A program made the position numbers and the translations under genes. This document shows, piece after piece, positions 37,648 through 46,215 of a stretch of 64,000 bases of DNA (position 1 is its first letter; each line of letters opens with the position of its first letter). The notes under the pieces were generated by a model. It was given only the letters and a program-made list of their open reading frames with translations. It ran no database searches and had not been told where the DNA came from. Source of the DNA: a virus. The stretch lies in the IMG/VR virus record IMGVR_UViG_3300025617_001208, positions 1 through 64,000 of that record; one strand, 5' to 3'.

Positions 37648-38325
37648 AAACATTTTGTGAGCTTTTTCTCTAAAGGTGTATTTTTCTTCAAACAGATCTT
37701 CCCAGTTATCTGGTAAGTCGAAATTTACACCTAAGTAATAATCTTTATATTTTTTATAACTTTTGTCTAGTAAGCCAACGTAATTTTTATCGTTATAATT
37801 ACCATCCCACGGTGCGCCTAGTGCAAGTGTAAATTTAGTATCACCCGAGGTGTTGTGCATTTCGTGAGGCCATTTACCGCTCATCATAAACGGTTTGTCT
37901 ACAGTAGTAGGACGTACACTTGTGTCTTTACCAATAAAATCTAAGTCGTCGACATTACCTTGTAGAACATATCTAAACTTGTGCTGAGGAGTATCAAACA
38001 TTTCTGGACTACAATCAATATGCAAAGGATTTTTTGTACCGTTAGGAGTAGTAATAATCATTATCCTACTACGTTCTTTTGTAATTTGAAATAACACATC
38101 CTCGCACCATTGTTTTAACTTGGGCATTTGGAATGCCCACGGCATCCACTGGAATTCGTCTTTTTTAGTTGGATTATACATAATAGGAACATGATAACAG
38201 TTCCTATAGTCGTCTTGATATATTTTACTAACATCCAAACTATTTAAATAATCCATGTGATCCAATGGAGGATTTTCAATGTCTAGAGGCAAATATAATA
38301 AGTTGTCAAATTGATTTTTATCCAT
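37633..38325 (-). CDS. putative Fe(II)/2OG oxygenase / cupin
   Basis: SRIMIITT..G..NPLHIDC...WPHEMHN. Start moved to ATG 38325. Confidence 0.65.
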   Translation of the reverse strand: MDKNQFDNLLYLPLDIENPPLDHMDYLNSLDVSKIYQDDYRNCYHVPIMYNPTKKDEFQWMPWAFQMPKLKQWCEDVLFQITKERSRIMIITTPNGTKNPLHIDCSPEMFDTPQHKFRYVLQGNVDDLDFIGKDTSVRPTTVDKPFMMSGKWPHEMHNTSGDTKFTLALGAPWDGNYNDKNYVGLLDKSYKKYKDYYLGVNFDLPDNWEDLFEEKYTFREKAHKMFLKQR

Positions 38326-39691
38326 CTGTATCTTTACAAGTTTCAAAGAAGTTTGCCATTTCCGGAAATGCTTCTTTAAAATTTGTATTCCTTCTTTTGT
38401 CCTGTTCGTTAAAGAAACGCCAAAAATCAATACGTCCTTGCATTACTTTTGCAGGATCATATGTTGTACTATCCATATAATCAACTACTCTTCTAAAACG
38501 TTCGTACTCCATTGTTGTAAATGCATCTTTACGTTTGTCATCTAAATTATCTTTTATAAACTGTAAGTGGCTGTGCATATACTTCATATACTCTTGCGGT
38601 AAAATGTTAATATCATACTGCAACGGTTCTTTTAAGTAAGGAGTATCGAAACTCAATCGATTCCATCTATATGTTTCTACATTGTTGTATTTACGGCGCC
38701 ATTCAAGTATTTTTTCTAATAATGTTTGAAATGTTGTTACACTGAAAATATTAAATGTAATCATAATAGTTACAGGTGCATTAGTATTAGTCATGAAGTA
38801 ATCTAAGTTACGCTCAAAAGTTTCAATGTCTAATCCATTACGGATATACTCGGCTCTTTCGCCCCATGTATCAATACTAGTAAACAATTTAAATCTACGT
38901 ATTTTGTTTTGACTAAGCAGGCTGTTTACAGAATCAGTAAACTTTTCTAATTGTTTAGGTTTGCCGCCTAAATTGCTGTTTACATTTAATTCTAAGTTTG
39001 GCTTAGGATCATTTTCAAGCAAATCAAATAACTTGTATGTGCTTTTTTGTATAGTAGGTTCTCCGCCTGTAATACGTAAAATTGTTAGATCTTTACTAAG
39101 TTCTGGCCACCAACGCCAAAATGCATCTAAATATGGATTATTGTCTTCTTCGTAAATCTGAAACCAATCAATGTCGCAACGATGATTACGTACAGTTGTA
39201 TAAGGACCGTACTGTTTAATTTCGTTGTAATATCTACTACTAGCTTTTGGATGACAATATCCACAACGAAAGTTGCACTCGTTACCAAATGAAACTTCTA
39301 AGTATTCTGGATTAACATTAAACTCTGCGCCGCCTGTTTTAACTGCATCAAGTCTTTCTTCGTTGTAAATACTGCTACTACGGGTTTTACGATCGCTAAT
39401 ATAATCTTCGCCCATATTTTCAATATTCCAACAATACTGGCATCCCTTAGGTTGTTCTCCACGCATCATTGCAGCACGTTCTTGTTTCTTTTGTGCTGTA
39501 TTGTGTATAGCACTAGGATTAGTTAATAACGGTGCTGTGTCAATCTTGTGAGGAGCCGGATGATAACAACTGTGTGTTTCACCTGTTTGAAAATAGATGT
39601 TTGCGTGATACCATTTTGCAAAACAAAAAGTAGGAGATATTTCTTTGTCTGTATATTTTGTTATACGGACTGCTTCATCCCTTTCACTCAT
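38318..39691 (-). CDS. radical SAM protein with N-terminal twitch domain
   Basis: CNFRCGYC, TGGEP; N-term FCFAKW...SCYH...GCQYC. Confidence 0.9.
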   Translation of the reverse strand: MSERDEAVRITKYTDKEISPTFCFAKWYHANIYFQTGETHSCYHPAPHKIDTAPLLTNPSAIHNTAQKKQERAAMMRGEQPKGCQYCWNIENMGEDYISDRKTRSSSIYNEERLDAVKTGGAEFNVNPEYLEVSFGNECNFRCGYCHPKASSRYYNEIKQYGPYTTVRNHRCDIDWFQIYEEDNNPYLDAFWRWWPELSKDLTILRITGGEPTIQKSTYKLFDLLENDPKPNLELNVNSNLGGKPKQLEKFTDSVNSLLSQNKIRRFKLFTSIDTWGERAEYIRNGLDIETFERNLDYFMTNTNAPVTIMITFNIFSVTTFQTLLEKILEWRRKYNNVETYRWNRLSFDTPYLKEPLQYDINILPQEYMKYMHSHLQFIKDNLDDKRKDAFTTMEYERFRRVVDYMDSTTYDPAKVMQGRIDFWRFFNEQDKRRNTNFKEAFPEMANFFETCKDTDG

Positions 39692-40608
39692 TTAAGTTCC
39701 TTGTCAATAAACTTAGGATTACGCACAGGATTTTGATACACTGTTTTAAAAAATTTACTTTGATCTGCATTTAAACATTCAACAGAAATAGGCGCTTGTA
39801 ATTCATGCATTAATGTATCTCCAATTTCCTCGCTTTCGGTATCCATTTCAGATTCTGACATGTCGTTGCTGTTCCAGTAATTATTAAGCCACTCAAAGTC
39901 TCGAACGTTGATAAAGTCCCAATCGGTTAGCATAGTTTTATACAACCCTTCTCTAGCACCGTAAATAGCCCAACGACCATTTTCTGCATCAGCGCCTACC
40001 ATTAGCCAGATCCAAAGTCTATGCAAGTTTTTCCAATGATTACGTTTAAAATCTTCAATGTTTGGCCTAATACCTTGATCTAGTGCCATTTTAACACCTT
40101 CACGAAATCCAGCACGCCACGCTTGTTGCGGTGTTGCATTATTGTAGATATCACTAAATGTTCCATTCATTTGAATGTATTGTAAATCCCAACAAAAGTC
40201 TACTTGCGCATGTAGGTTGTCTGGATCAGCATTTTCATGTGTACGCATGTTTAACACTTTTTCTTTAGGCCAGCACTTGATACCGCCATTGCCATATGCT
40301 AGACCGTTGATCTGATTTAGTGCAGTCCAACTAATAACTTTATCAGTTAAATCATACTCGCTTAAATCTGCTTCTTGGCTTAAGAATGTTTCTCGAATTC
40401 TATTATCACCATCGATAGTAATAAAGCGATCGGTCTCACTGGCATTAGCAGCAGCTTTGTGTGCAGCATCGCTGCCCTTAACACCATGCACACGTTTAGC
40501 CCAAGGAACTTTAGTAAGCAAATCTGCATAATTTTGTTCTGCATTAGGTTCGTCATAACTTAAATAAATTATGTCATGATCAACTACTCTAAAAATATTA
40601 TCAGTCAT
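39688..40608 (-). CDS. glycosyltransferase-like protein (GT-A, DxD)
   Basis: YLSYDEPNA...RVHGVKGS.AAH...ITIDGD...YGNGG.K.W...AWRAGFREG. Confidence 0.7.
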   Translation of the reverse strand: MTDNIFRVVDHDIIYLSYDEPNAEQNYADLLTKVPWAKRVHGVKGSDAAHKAAANASETDRFITIDGDNRIRETFLSQEADLSEYDLTDKVISWTALNQINGLAYGNGGIKCWPKEKVLNMRTHENADPDNLHAQVDFCWDLQYIQMNGTFSDIYNNATPQQAWRAGFREGVKMALDQGIRPNIEDFKRNHWKNLHRLWIWLMVGADAENGRWAIYGAREGLYKTMLTDWDFINVRDFEWLNNYWNSNDMSESEMDTESEEIGDTLMHELQAPISVECLNADQSKFFKTVYQNPVRNPKFIDKELK

Positions 40609-41176
40609 TTATTACCTCGTGTGAATATGATCCAAACTTTTTAATAGTATAAACGCTTATAGGCATTTTGTCAAACTTAAAATTACTTGGGTAATCTACA
40701 TAAAAATTGTTGCTCTTACTATCAGCTACAAAATTTAAAATGTAATGAAGATTATAAGGATTATCTTTATCTGTTATGCTAAAACCGCTAATTGCATTTG
40801 TTAAATTTACTTTGTGTTCTTGAATATTACTTTCTAGTTCATTATTAAATTTTAATTCCCAGCGCTTTTTAACATTGTTTTGTATTAGTGTAACATCAGG
40901 ATCTTCATCAGATTCTATTTTATATAAAAAACTTTTAGATGTACGTGCTTGTTCCCATTCTTTATTATGTTTAAGCATGTAGCCTTTTGTTGGCAAATCA
41001 TACTCAACTGTATATTCGTGAATAGGAACAATTCCTTTTATAATGTCTTCAATTTCATTTATGTTTACTTTAATAAAATTTAAACTATCATCGTGCTGGC
41101 TTTTAATAGATACTATAGTACCATTATTGTCAAACATAATATATTTTTTTGCATTAGAACTAATTTTAATAGGCAT
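40601..41176 (-). CDS. hypothetical protein
   Basis: 191 aa, within a coupled operon. Confidence 0.75.
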   Translation of the reverse strand: MPIKISSNAKKYIMFDNNGTIVSIKSQHDDSLNFIKVNINEIEDIIKGIVPIHEYTVEYDLPTKGYMLKHNKEWEQARTSKSFLYKIESDEDPDVTLIQNNVKKRWELKFNNELESNIQEHKVNLTNAISGFSITDKDNPYNLHYILNFVADSKSNNFYVDYPSNFKFDKMPISVYTIKKFGSYSHEVIND

Positions 41177-41178
41177 TA

Positions 41179-42021
41179 TTATATTCCTAATTTATTTTCA
41201 TATTTTTTGATTATATCAGAACTTAAAAAGTCCTTTTCAGTATAATGAAATATACCGCTTTGTTTATAGTTACCTACAAATAATTCTAGATCATCACTTA
41301 GATAAACGCTTAAACGAGATTGCCAACTTTGATCTTTATACTTATTCCAATGTTGGACTTTTGGTTTCATATGTGTAAACGTAGGAAAATTATGTTTTGT
41401 AGTTATATTGTGTTCACAATCCATAATTTTAGCTGCAATTGCCGCAGTTAAATCCATACTACATGTTTTTTGAAAGGTTTTACCACCTGCATGATGTTTA
41501 TAGAAAAGTTGCCAATTATTTGTTATCATTTCCATCCATGCATAAAATTCTTTAGCTAACGGACGTTCTTTAAAATAATGAAATCCGCTATACAAATTTG
41601 GTAGGTTATATGTAGTAAACGCTCTTCGATAATAATCGTTTGTTACTAACTCTCCCCTATATGTATAAACATTGTTAGTGTAAAACAAATCATAATTTTT
41701 TAATAAATCAAACCATTTGGTTAAGTCTTGCAAAACTAACATGTCTGTATCAAGTACTACAGTTTCGTTAAACGGAGTTGCGTGATATAATTTCCAACGA
41801 TTACTGATTTTCCAATCTTCGTCTTCGGCATGATCGCCCCATGGAATTTCTATAATATATTCAAATAGATGTTTATACTTTTCTGGTACTGTATCGTTAG
41901 TTATAAGTGCTATTTTACTATTAGAATTTGTAGCATGAATACTCATTGCACAAACACATGCTTGTAAAACATAATCATCTGTGTTGTTATTTTGGGCAAG
42001 TAACGTAAAGTTTTTATTCAT
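41179..42021 (-). CDS. glycosyltransferase (GT-A; GT8/mannosyltransferase-like)
   Basis: IALITND, TPFNETVVLDTDML, YSGFHYF. Confidence 0.75.
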   Translation of the reverse strand: MNKNFTLLAQNNNTDDYVLQACVCAMSIHATNSNSKIALITNDTVPEKYKHLFEYIIEIPWGDHAEDEDWKISNRWKLYHATPFNETVVLDTDMLVLQDLTKWFDLLKNYDLFYTNNVYTYRGELVTNDYYRRAFTTYNLPNLYSGFHYFKERPLAKEFYAWMEMITNNWQLFYKHHAGGKTFQKTCSMDLTAAIAAKIMDCEHNITTKHNFPTFTHMKPKVQHWNKYKDQSWQSRLSVYLSDDLELFVGNYKQSGIFHYTEKDFLSSDIIKKYENKLGI

Positions 42022-42838
42022 CTATCATTCTTTCCAAACTAAATTTATTCATAACATGTACATTTTGATTTTTAGTTTTAACACCTGTATATTCACCTAA
42101 GTGCTGCTCTTTTTCTAAAAGAAACAAAAGTTCGTCATTGTTTATTTTTTCTAAAATATCCCTATCAGTAATAAAATATTTTTTACCAGGCAAATTTGAA
42201 ATTTGAGAATCTCCGGTAAACCCATTTAAAATATGTGCAGCAATACTAAATGCAAAATCGTTTCTATACAAAGGATTTACAATTTGATAAAGACTTGTAT
42301 AGTGCGAGTAGTTTTCTTTTACATGTTTTATTAAATCAAAAAATATTTTATTTTTATTACACTTTTTAAAGTATACAACTGTAGCCCAATAAAAGTTAAT
42401 ACCAGTATCATTAATTTTATCAAATTCTATAAGATTTCGCCAATGACACAAATCAACTGCATCACTATACATCATTAGATCTTGATTGCTATCAAAACAA
42501 CTTTTTAAATGATCGTTACAAATTACATAATCGGTATCCATAACAATTGTTTCTTCAAACGGTGATAAATCATATGCATTGCATCTATCCAAGTTGTTAA
42601 AATTTGCTAATTTTGTAGCCATATTACCATCGCGAAACTTTCTGGAATTTGCATTATTACTAGGTTCCAATTTAATAACATGATCAAAAAAATCAAGTCT
42701 GTTGTCATTGATCTTGTCAGTTGCTATGGCAACAGGAACATTTAAATGTTTTTTTACCCGTTTAGCACAAAATATAGCTTGTTTGATATAATCTAATGCT
42801 TTGTTGTCTTTAGCAAAAAGTAATACGCCTTTGCTCAT
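42014..42838 (-). CDS. glycosyltransferase (GT-A; GT8/mannosyltransferase-like)
   Basis: KGVLLFA, VAIATD, SPFEETIVMDTDY, RNDFAFSIA. Confidence 0.75.
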   Translation of the reverse strand: MSKGVLLFAKDNKALDYIKQAIFCAKRVKKHLNVPVAIATDKINDNRLDFFDHVIKLEPSNNANSRKFRDGNMATKLANFNNLDRCNAYDLSPFEETIVMDTDYVICNDHLKSCFDSNQDLMMYSDAVDLCHWRNLIEFDKINDTGINFYWATVVYFKKCNKNKIFFDLIKHVKENYSHYTSLYQIVNPLYRNDFAFSIAAHILNGFTGDSQISNLPGKKYFITDRDILEKINNDELLFLLEKEQHLGEYTGVKTKNQNVHVMNKFSLERMIDE

Positions 42839-43182
42839 AAATCTAGTATACCTTTAACACTTCTATTCTTTTTTATTTTACTGTATTCTACAAAATATTC
42901 ATTTGATGCTGTAAAGTATACATCGAGTATGCTGTTGTAAAATTCTTCTATGTTTGAAATTTCAATTGGAATATCATTATCGTCGCTGATAATTACTGAC
43001 TGTTGATCACTGTCAATTAAACCTTTAATAAAATTAATTAGCTCTCGCGAAACTGTAAAAGTTGCGCCGTTAAAATAATATACAAGATTTTCGTGATATT
43101 TTTCTTTTAAAATACGTGTTTGATTGTTTAATGTAACCATATAGTTACTAATATCTAATGCTTTTTCTAGACGCTCGTCCAT
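42835..43182 (-). CDS. hypothetical protein (first gene of the GT operon)
   Basis: 115 aa, SD AGGAG. Confidence 0.8.
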   Translation of the reverse strand: MDERLEKALDISNYMVTLNNQTRILKEKYHENLVYYFNGATFTVSRELINFIKGLIDSDQQSVIISDDNDIPIEISNIEEFYNSILDVYFTASNEYFVEYSKIKKNRSVKGILDL

Positions 43183-43210
43183 AGTTAACTCCTACATGTA
43201 GTATATATCT

Positions 43211-43239
43211 ATTATACACGCAGTTAATAAAAAAGTCAA
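43211..43239 (-). promoter_or_regulatory. sigma70-like promoter for the GT/rSAM operon
   Basis: TTGACT-17 nt-TATAAT. Confidence 0.75.
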
Positions 43240-43244
43240 ATAAT

Positions 43245-44297
43245 TTATGCTACACTAGGTTGATTTTCACTTGCACCCGGTCTCATTAGATTACCACCTA
43301 ATGTAAAGTCAGTATCTGTAGTACCATCATTTAGTGTAATAGTACTATCAGGGTAATACTGAGTACCCGAAATAGTTACATTAGCAGTTACAGGTTCATC
43401 TATTGGAGTACTTTGAGGACCGTCAGCAGGATTGCCTGTGCCTGTATCGTTATCAAGCAGTCTTACTTGTAAAGTTACACGACTAAATCCGTTAATAACT
43501 GCTAATCGTACTTGAATTTCGTTATCATTATAAATGCTTCCTGCACCAATTTTTGTGTACTTAGTGGTCATAGCTATACCTGTAGTAAGAGTAGGAATGG
43601 CTGTAACCGAGCCTGTTCCGCTACTATTTAAACTTTCCACTACCCATTCCCAACCAGTACCTGCAGTATCAGGACGAGCATATAGTCTTACTGTACCCAT
43701 ATTTGATGCCATTGTTTGCCAGTTTAAGTTTTTTTCATAACTAGCCTGTCCCGGACTACCAATGGCATCAATATCAACATTAATACGTAGTTCGCCGCCA
43801 GCTGTAAAATATTCTTCAAATGACTGATCAGAGGGAAATGTGTAAACAACACTACCGGATATAACATTCCATTGAGCAGTAACTTCATCTAGTGTATTCA
43901 CAACAGTACTAAAATCTCCACCAAATTCTGTTGTACGTCTGTCAAATCCTGCACAAGTATTTGCTAAATCATATAAACCTTGTACATTAGCAGCATCTCC
44001 CCAGTCTGCCCATTCAATTACTTCGCCAACTTGTAAATCGGAATATGTAGTGCCACTTGCTAATGTTTTAACTGCACCTGTTTGATGGTAGTGTATTAAC
44101 TGACCAATACTAAACAGTTTTTCAACATCTGCTGATAACACTGTATCACTAGTATTTGGGTCGCTTCCTCCAACAACAGCACTAGGAATTGCATCATTAA
44201 CTGTTCCAAACCCATATTTGCCCGGCCCAAAATTATTTTCCAATATACTTCTAATATTGTTAAAGTCAGTTGCTGATATTGCGCTGCCTACAGCCAT
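43245..44297 (-). CDS. virion structural protein (paralog of 45298-46194)
   Basis: G/S/T/D-rich; shared YF.AGG.L...K...W..M...GTV...G..IY..N...D....DE.V; GATAAATA upstream at 44339-32. Confidence 0.7.
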   Translation of the reverse strand: MAVGSAISATDFNNIRSILENNFGPGKYGFGTVNDAIPSAVVGGSDPNTSDTVLSADVEKLFSIGQLIHYHQTGAVKTLASGTTYSDLQVGEVIEWADWGDAANVQGLYDLANTCAGFDRRTTEFGGDFSTVVNTLDEVTAQWNVISGSVVYTFPSDQSFEEYFTAGGELRINVDIDAIGSPGQASYEKNLNWQTMASNMGTVRLYARPDTAGTGWEWVVESLNSSGTGSVTAIPTLTTGIAMTTKYTKIGAGSIYNDNEIQVRLAVINGFSRVTLQVRLLDNDTGTGNPADGPQSTPIDEPVTANVTISGTQYYPDSTITLNDGTTDTDFTLGGNLMRPGASENQPSVA

Positions 44298-44367
44298 GCG
44301 AGATCTCCATGTTTATTATAATACTATACTTTATTTATCAGTGTTTTGTCAACCGATTAAATACTAC

Positions 44368-45333
44368 ATGGAACGTTTTAATTATGCAGAACAACGAAAT
44401 TATGTTTACATAGATTGGGATATGAGTAGTAGGTGCAATTATGCATGTGCATATTGCGAACCTGCTGCACACGACGGAAAGTTTGATTTTCCTACTATAG
44501 AAAATGCAAAACTATTAGTAGATAAAATTTCAAAAACATATACTGATAAGTTTGCAGTTTTTAATTTATTTGGAGGAGAGCCTACTATATGGAGAGAAAT
44601 TCCTGCATTTTTTAAATATGTTAAAAAATCAAATCCAAACAACAAAGTACAGTTATTAACAAATGGTAACAAAACAAAACGCTGGTGGCAAAAAAATCAA
44701 AACAATATAGATAGCGTTGTTGTCAGTGTACATGTAGCACAAGTAGATATTGTAGATCTTGTTGAAAAATTTAATGCGTGTGCAGGAAGTTTTGACATAC
44801 ACTTTCAAATTTGTATTGATATAAATCACTTTGAAACTGCTATGCAACAATACGATTACTGTTTAAAAAATTTAGACAAACATATTAGATTAGATTACAA
44901 GCCTTTACGAATTAGCTTGGATAAACCAGAATCTATGCCTTACACAAATTTTCAAATTAATACAATGAAAAAATTAAAAAAACTGCCTGGTATTAAAAAA
45001 GACCATTACGGAAGTAGTATGGTTGATGAAAATAATAACCTAGTGGATCTGCAAAAATTATTATTAGAGAAAAATAATAAATTTAAAAATTGGGCATGTT
45101 GGATAGGAATAGACACATTAAATATTACACGTGAAGGAAATGTTACAATAGGTAGTCAGTGTTTTCCTAATTTTGTATTAGGCAATATTCACACGTTAGA
45201 TTTTGAAATTCCATACAAGCCTGTAAAATGTCAATACGAATACTGTAGCTGTTTAACTGATCTTACAACTAAAAAAATAAAAAATTATTCTGGAGATTTA
45301 TTGGAAGACTTGAATATTTTGGTAAGCCGGTGA
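44368..45333 (+). CDS. radical SAM protein with C-terminal twitch domain (paralog of 10685-11821)
   Basis: W.MSSRCNYACAYC, FGGEP, TNG; WACWIG...C...LGNI...C...CSC. Start moved to ATG 44368. Confidence 0.9.
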   Translation: MERFNYAEQRNYVYIDWDMSSRCNYACAYCEPAAHDGKFDFPTIENAKLLVDKISKTYTDKFAVFNLFGGEPTIWREIPAFFKYVKKSNPNNKVQLLTNGNKTKRWWQKNQNNIDSVVVSVHVAQVDIVDLVEKFNACAGSFDIHFQICIDINHFETAMQQYDYCLKNLDKHIRLDYKPLRISLDKPESMPYTNFQINTMKKLKKLPGIKKDHYGSSMVDENNNLVDLQKLLLEKNNKFKNWACWIGIDTLNITREGNVTIGSQCFPNFVLGNIHTLDFEIPYKPVKCQYEYCSCLTDLTTKKIKNYSGDLLEDLNILVSR

Positions 45334-46194
45334 AGGTAACTCGACATATACGCCAACTGGCCTATTTTGTTTTACAAGACTAGTAATTGTTCCAACTACA
45401 ACTTCGTCAACCGGGCCTGCGTTTTGCGGATCTGATCCAATGCTTGCGTCATCAAGTACTGTTTTAATATATACTACGTTGTTGTCTTTTCTAGCATATA
45501 TAAATAAGTCGTTATTACTGTAAATTCCACTACCTAACTTTTCATAAATTTTTGTATAGGATGTTGTTAAATCATATATTCCAATATTATTTTGTGCTAA
45601 TCCAGACCCGGTAACTTGTGTACCTGTATAATCAATTGTTACAGTTCCAATATTGTTTATCATTTCTGCCCAGCCTTGGGATTTATCATCGCTACCGGCT
45701 CCGACCATTGTAAAAGAAAGTTCTATATTTCCGCCAGCATTAAAGAATCCTAAAAAATTGTTATTGTTACTAAAGGTTGCTTTCCATTCGTGTGTAATGC
45801 TTTGCGGAGTTCCAGAACCTCCCCATGTACTAGCACGTACAGAATCTATACCAGCAGATTCCTTGTCAATATATTGTGCATCTACATCAAACCTATTAGC
45901 AAATAAAAGAGGATATAATGTTTCATATGCTTGATATAAACTTTCAGTTATTTCATTTTGATTAGTAACATTGCTAATAGTGGCAGGCAAATTACCATTC
46001 TGATGTGCATATACAGATACATAATCGTCATACAATTTATTCATATCTTCGGCATATACAATCCTAGTTTTTGGCAGTCTTTGACTTTTAACTGTTTGAT
46101 TATATCCAGTATCGCCTGATGGTATTCCTAATATGTTTTCAATTGCTTCAAATAGAACATTATATCTATATGCAGAAATAATCTGGTTTGCCAT
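45298..46194 (-). CDS. virion structural protein
   Basis: Paralog of 43245-44297; in the tail gene run. Confidence 0.7.
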   Translation of the reverse strand: MANQIISAYRYNVLFEAIENILGIPSGDTGYNQTVKSQRLPKTRIVYAEDMNKLYDDYVSVYAHQNGNLPATISNVTNQNEITESLYQAYETLYPLLFANRFDVDAQYIDKESAGIDSVRASTWGGSGTPQSITHEWKATFSNNNNFLGFFNAGGNIELSFTMVGAGSDDKSQGWAEMINNIGTVTIDYTGTQVTGSGLAQNNIGIYDLTTSYTKIYEKLGSGIYSNNDLFIYARKDNNVVYIKTVLDDASIGSDPQNAGPVDEVVVGTITSLVKQNRPVGVYVELPSPAYQNIQVFQ

Positions 46195-46215
46195 TATCAA
46201 GTCCTCTTTATATAC

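Noticed and set aside
7553-45333. Classical bacterial RiPP/natural-product cluster with a small precursor peptide
   Set aside because: No short leader-core ORF, RRE/PqqD, peptidase or transporter is visible. The small ORFs (29862, 27416, 36743) look like folded or membrane proteins, and the flanks are phage structural genes.
8787-45333. Housekeeping assignments for the rSAMs (QueE/7-deazaguanine, NrdG, MoaA, anaerobic sulfatase maturase)
   Set aside because: Partner genes (queC/queD/folE/dpdA, nrdD, moaC, sulfatase) are absent from the window, and the domain architectures and motif spacing do not match.
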